DNA of 38,084 nt, taken from a virus. Lineage: Duplodnaviria > Caudoviricetes. Below the pieces are notes generated by a model that saw nothing but the letters and a program-made list of their open reading frames with translations, made no database searches and was not told where the DNA came from. Of the stretch, positions 35,831 through 38,084 are shown piece by piece. Location: IMG/VR virus record IMGVR_UViG_3300017914_000816, positions 1 through 38,084 of that record; one strand, written 5' to 3'. Both the position numbers and the translations under genes were made by a program. The stretch's first letter is position 1. Each line of letters opens with the position of its first letter.

Positions 35831-36610
35831 TTAGTGATCCTCGTCTTTCATAAGTTCACCATCTGGCATTACATGATAACCGTCTGGGATAGGTTTACAC
35901 TTTTGTTCATCGTTGCAAAAGTATTCACCTTCCTTACAATCGTTTTTTGCTTCTGGTGTATACTCATGTTTATAATCTTCTAACTCTTGTTTTAAATTAC
36001 CTTCTGGTACAATGTGTGCCATTGCATCATAATGTCCATCTTCGATGGCTTCATAAGCATTTGATAATGCTTCTTGGATATTTTTTAAACCAGTTTTGTC
36101 ACCACCAACGGCATCAATTTTTCGTGCCACCATGCCGTCGATTCTAAATAACTTTTCTAAAGTATTAATCATTGCACTTGCTTTATGAAACATATTATTT
36201 ACATATGCTTCATCTGGTGTTTCTTCATTAACTGGTTCTGCTTCTTCTTTGTATTCATGTCCTTCGTCTTCGGCTGTTGAAGCAAAGGCTTCTAGTACTT
36301 GCTCTGTGGAGATAAAGTCGTCGCTTTCGATATGAAATACATTATCAGTATTATCATAATTTCCACTAGCAACAACTTCATTATCAATTAGTACGTCTAA
36401 GTTATAGCCGTCATCAAATTGTTCTGTCATTTCAATTTTAATATTGCCTTTAGTTGCAATAGTTTTGCTTTCGTTGGCTTCATTAAATCTACTTAAAATG
36501 TCACGCATTTCATTACTAGGTTGTTCAGAGGTTTTGTTTTCCTCTGCCTTGTAATTCTCTGTGGACATTTCATTTAGTTTATTCACCAATGATGCAAAAT
36601 CGTCTGACAT
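35831..36610 (-). CDS. acidic late protein
   Basis: AGGAG RBS; C-terminal C-x6-C-x5-C and YHVMPDG motif. Confidence 0.75.
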   Translation of the reverse strand: MSDDFASLVNKLNEMSTENYKAEENKTSEQPSNEMRDILSRFNEANESKTIATKGNIKIEMTEQFDDGYNLDVLIDNEVVASGNYDNTDNVFHIESDDFISTEQVLEAFASTAEDEGHEYKEEAEPVNEETPDEAYVNNMFHKASAMINTLEKLFRIDGMVARKIDAVGGDKTGLKNIQEALSNAYEAIEDGHYDAMAHIVPEGNLKQELEDYKHEYTPEAKNDCKEGEYFCNDEQKCKPIPDGYHVMPDGELMKDEDH

Positions 36611-36611
36611 A

Positions 36612-36977
36612 TTACTCTCCTTTAATTGACTCTTGTGGAACTATTTCTGCTGGAACCTCTGCTGGAGGTCCTTCTGGTTGTGGATTTGCCGGAACCGCAA
36701 CGATTGTAACATCATCACCAGCCATGTCATATTCCAAGTGGTGCTTTACACTACTCATATAGTCTGCTGATTTTGTAATCTTTGCTTGTACCCAGCCTTC
36801 TAAGCCTTGCTCTTCACTTACATTTTTTAACATCTTGTGAAGTTCAATGGCGTATTTCGCAATTTTGAATAAGTCCGAACGAGCCATTTGCACTTCATGG
36901 TCTTTCTCCATGTGATGTGCATCAGAGCTGATATCTTCATTTAATTTTTGTTTTTTAACGAATGTTTTTGCTCTCAT
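36612..36977 (-). CDS. late protein (candidate internal head protein)
   Basis: MRAKTF...LNED; EVQMA...LEGWVQAKITKSADY; GGAG RBS. Confidence 0.75.
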   Translation of the reverse strand: MRAKTFVKKQKLNEDISSDAHHMEKDHEVQMARSDLFKIAKYAIELHKMLKNVSEEQGLEGWVQAKITKSADYMSSVKHHLEYDMAGDDVTIVAVPANPQPEGPPAEVPAEIVPQESIKGE

Positions 36978-37007
36978 AATAACTCCAATTTCTTGTGTTC
37001 TATGTTG

Positions 37008-37015
37008 TATTTATA
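37008..37015 (-). promoter_or_regulatory. T4-type late promoter
   Basis: TATAAATA in intergenic gap, 30 nt before ATG. Confidence 0.75.
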
Positions 37016-37084
37016 CTTTTAATTCAAATATACTATCTTATAATATACCCATTATTCGACTAATAACACGTTAGAAAACTGTTA

Positions 37085-37309
37085 TTACTTGCCAAATATT
37101 GATTTTACTTTATTAGTATAAGGTTTGAATTTTGTCTTTTTCTTTTTAGGAGTTGTGTATCCGTATGGGTCTACTGCTTTACGAGCCTTTTTAGGATCTC
37201 CAAATAGTGGAAAAGCCAACTGAGCACCTGCTACTGCTACGCTATCTGTAGCACCTGCGGTTGCGTCTTCAGTGACTTTATTGTTCTGTGTTATTTCCCA
37301 AATTTTCAT
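37085..37309 (-). CDS. small late protein
   Basis: MKIWEI...VTEDATAGAT; basic C-terminus. Confidence 0.7.
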   Translation of the reverse strand: MKIWEITQNNKVTEDATAGATDSVAVAGAQLAFPLFGDPKKARKAVDPYGYTTPKKKKTKFKPYTNKVKSIFGK

Positions 37310-37314
37310 ATTAC

Positions 37315-37322
37315 TATTTATA
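37315..37322 (-). promoter_or_regulatory. T4-type late promoter
   Basis: TATAAATA-gtaat-ATG. Confidence 0.75.
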
Positions 37323-38081
37323 TTAATGATGCTCTGTCATGCTCAAGACTTTTAATACATTTTCCCATGTTTTTGGTATGTTCATTACTAAATGTATAAC
37401 ATTATCGTCCCAAGCGGCTGTTCTATGTGTTTTTCTTGTGTCTGCATAGTACAATCTCATAGGTTCAATATTAACACGTTTATAGTCGTGTTCCCATTCA
37501 AAGTTACCATGTCCACAGTTATCACTTAAAAAGCCTACAATTCTAAAACAGTCTCTACTTAAAAATGGTGTATCTCTGTGTGGAGGGAACCAGCCGCCTT
37601 TGTTTAATTTAACTATCATTGTTCTGCCCAGTGTATCGAATGCTTTTAATATAGGGTGCAATGATGTTAAGTTATGAAATGCTTCGGTTGGATATTTTAA
37701 ATCAATTTCGTTAACACGTTCGCCAAGTCGTTGTCTTACTTCAGGCATACTCAAACTATCTCCCACTGAGTCTCCTTCGGCACCTACTAACATCAATCCT
37801 TCTCTGTCATTGGTAACACCTTCACGTCTTAAATAAGGTACCCACTTGTCGTCGTATTGTTTTATTTCTTCGTTGAATAATCCTTTGTTAATTTTTATAG
37901 ATAAAGGAGCAAAGTCTCCTATGGCTTGTAGTTGTAATTCACAACGTAAATCGTTTTCAGTTATTTCAGGCATTTTACCATTTACAAAATAGTGTTTATA
38001 ATAATTTGGGCCATGCTTTCTTTGAGGCATCCAATTTATTTCTTTACCATCTTTAGTAAAATTATCGTCTTTATGCGCCAT
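37323..38081 (-). CDS. aspartyl/asparaginyl beta-hydroxylase-like 2OG-Fe(II) oxygenase
   Basis: LNKGGWFPPHRD...YYADTRKTHRT...IHLV. Confidence 0.7.
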   Translation of the reverse strand: MAHKDDNFTKDGKEINWMPQRKHGPNYYKHYFVNGKMPEITENDLRCELQLQAIGDFAPLSIKINKGLFNEEIKQYDDKWVPYLRREGVTNDREGLMLVGAEGDSVGDSLSMPEVRQRLGERVNEIDLKYPTEAFHNLTSLHPILKAFDTLGRTMIVKLNKGGWFPPHRDTPFLSRDCFRIVGFLSDNCGHGNFEWEHDYKRVNIEPMRLYYADTRKTHRTAAWDDNVIHLVMNIPKTWENVLKVLSMTEHH

Positions 38082-38084
38082 GTG

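Noticed and set aside
112-36147. All + strand ORFs in the track (e.g. 28253-28933, 24817-25299)
   Set aside because: Antisense shadows of well-supported minus-strand genes; low-complexity Ser/Leu/Phe-rich translations with no recognisable motifs
1-38084. tRNA/rRNA genes, integrase or transposase, alternative genetic code
   Set aside because: No intergenic space with a cloverleaf or T-loop seen by eye, no recombinase motifs, and genes are intact under the standard code with all three stops used

Overview
AT-rich fragment of a large T4-like (myovirus-type) dsDNA phage genome, probably marine and infecting a Gram-negative host (inferred from the lipoproteins and an autotransporter-like gene). 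Every credible gene is on the minus strand and densely packed; the + strand ORFs are antisense shadows. The window holds a replication core (PolB, putative sliding clamp, T4 RNase H-like 5' nuclease, DsbA-like protein). It also holds a dispersed 7-deazaguanine DNA-modification pathway: folE, queD, queE, a TGT/DpdA-like transglycosylase and a DpdL-like T-fold protein, with no queC/queF in the window. Co-transcribed with these are a GT-B glycosyltransferase, a Gfo/Idh/MocA oxidoreductase, a Zn-dependent MDR dehydrogenase and a HIT hydrolase; a PRTase lies nearby. This suggests a possibly undescribed sugar-hypermodified deazapurine base. All four operons carrying these genes sit behind the same composite promoter (TTGAC-N17/18-TAtAAT with an embedded CCTAAATA). 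Accessory genes include a lipidated subtilase autotransporter, a secreted polysaccharide lyase-like protein, SET and GNAT-like proteins, rubrerythrin, peroxiredoxin, radical SAM and 2OG-Fe(II) enzymes. At the right end is a block of late, TATAAATA-driven candidate internal head proteins. All calls are from motif reading only; no database searches were run.
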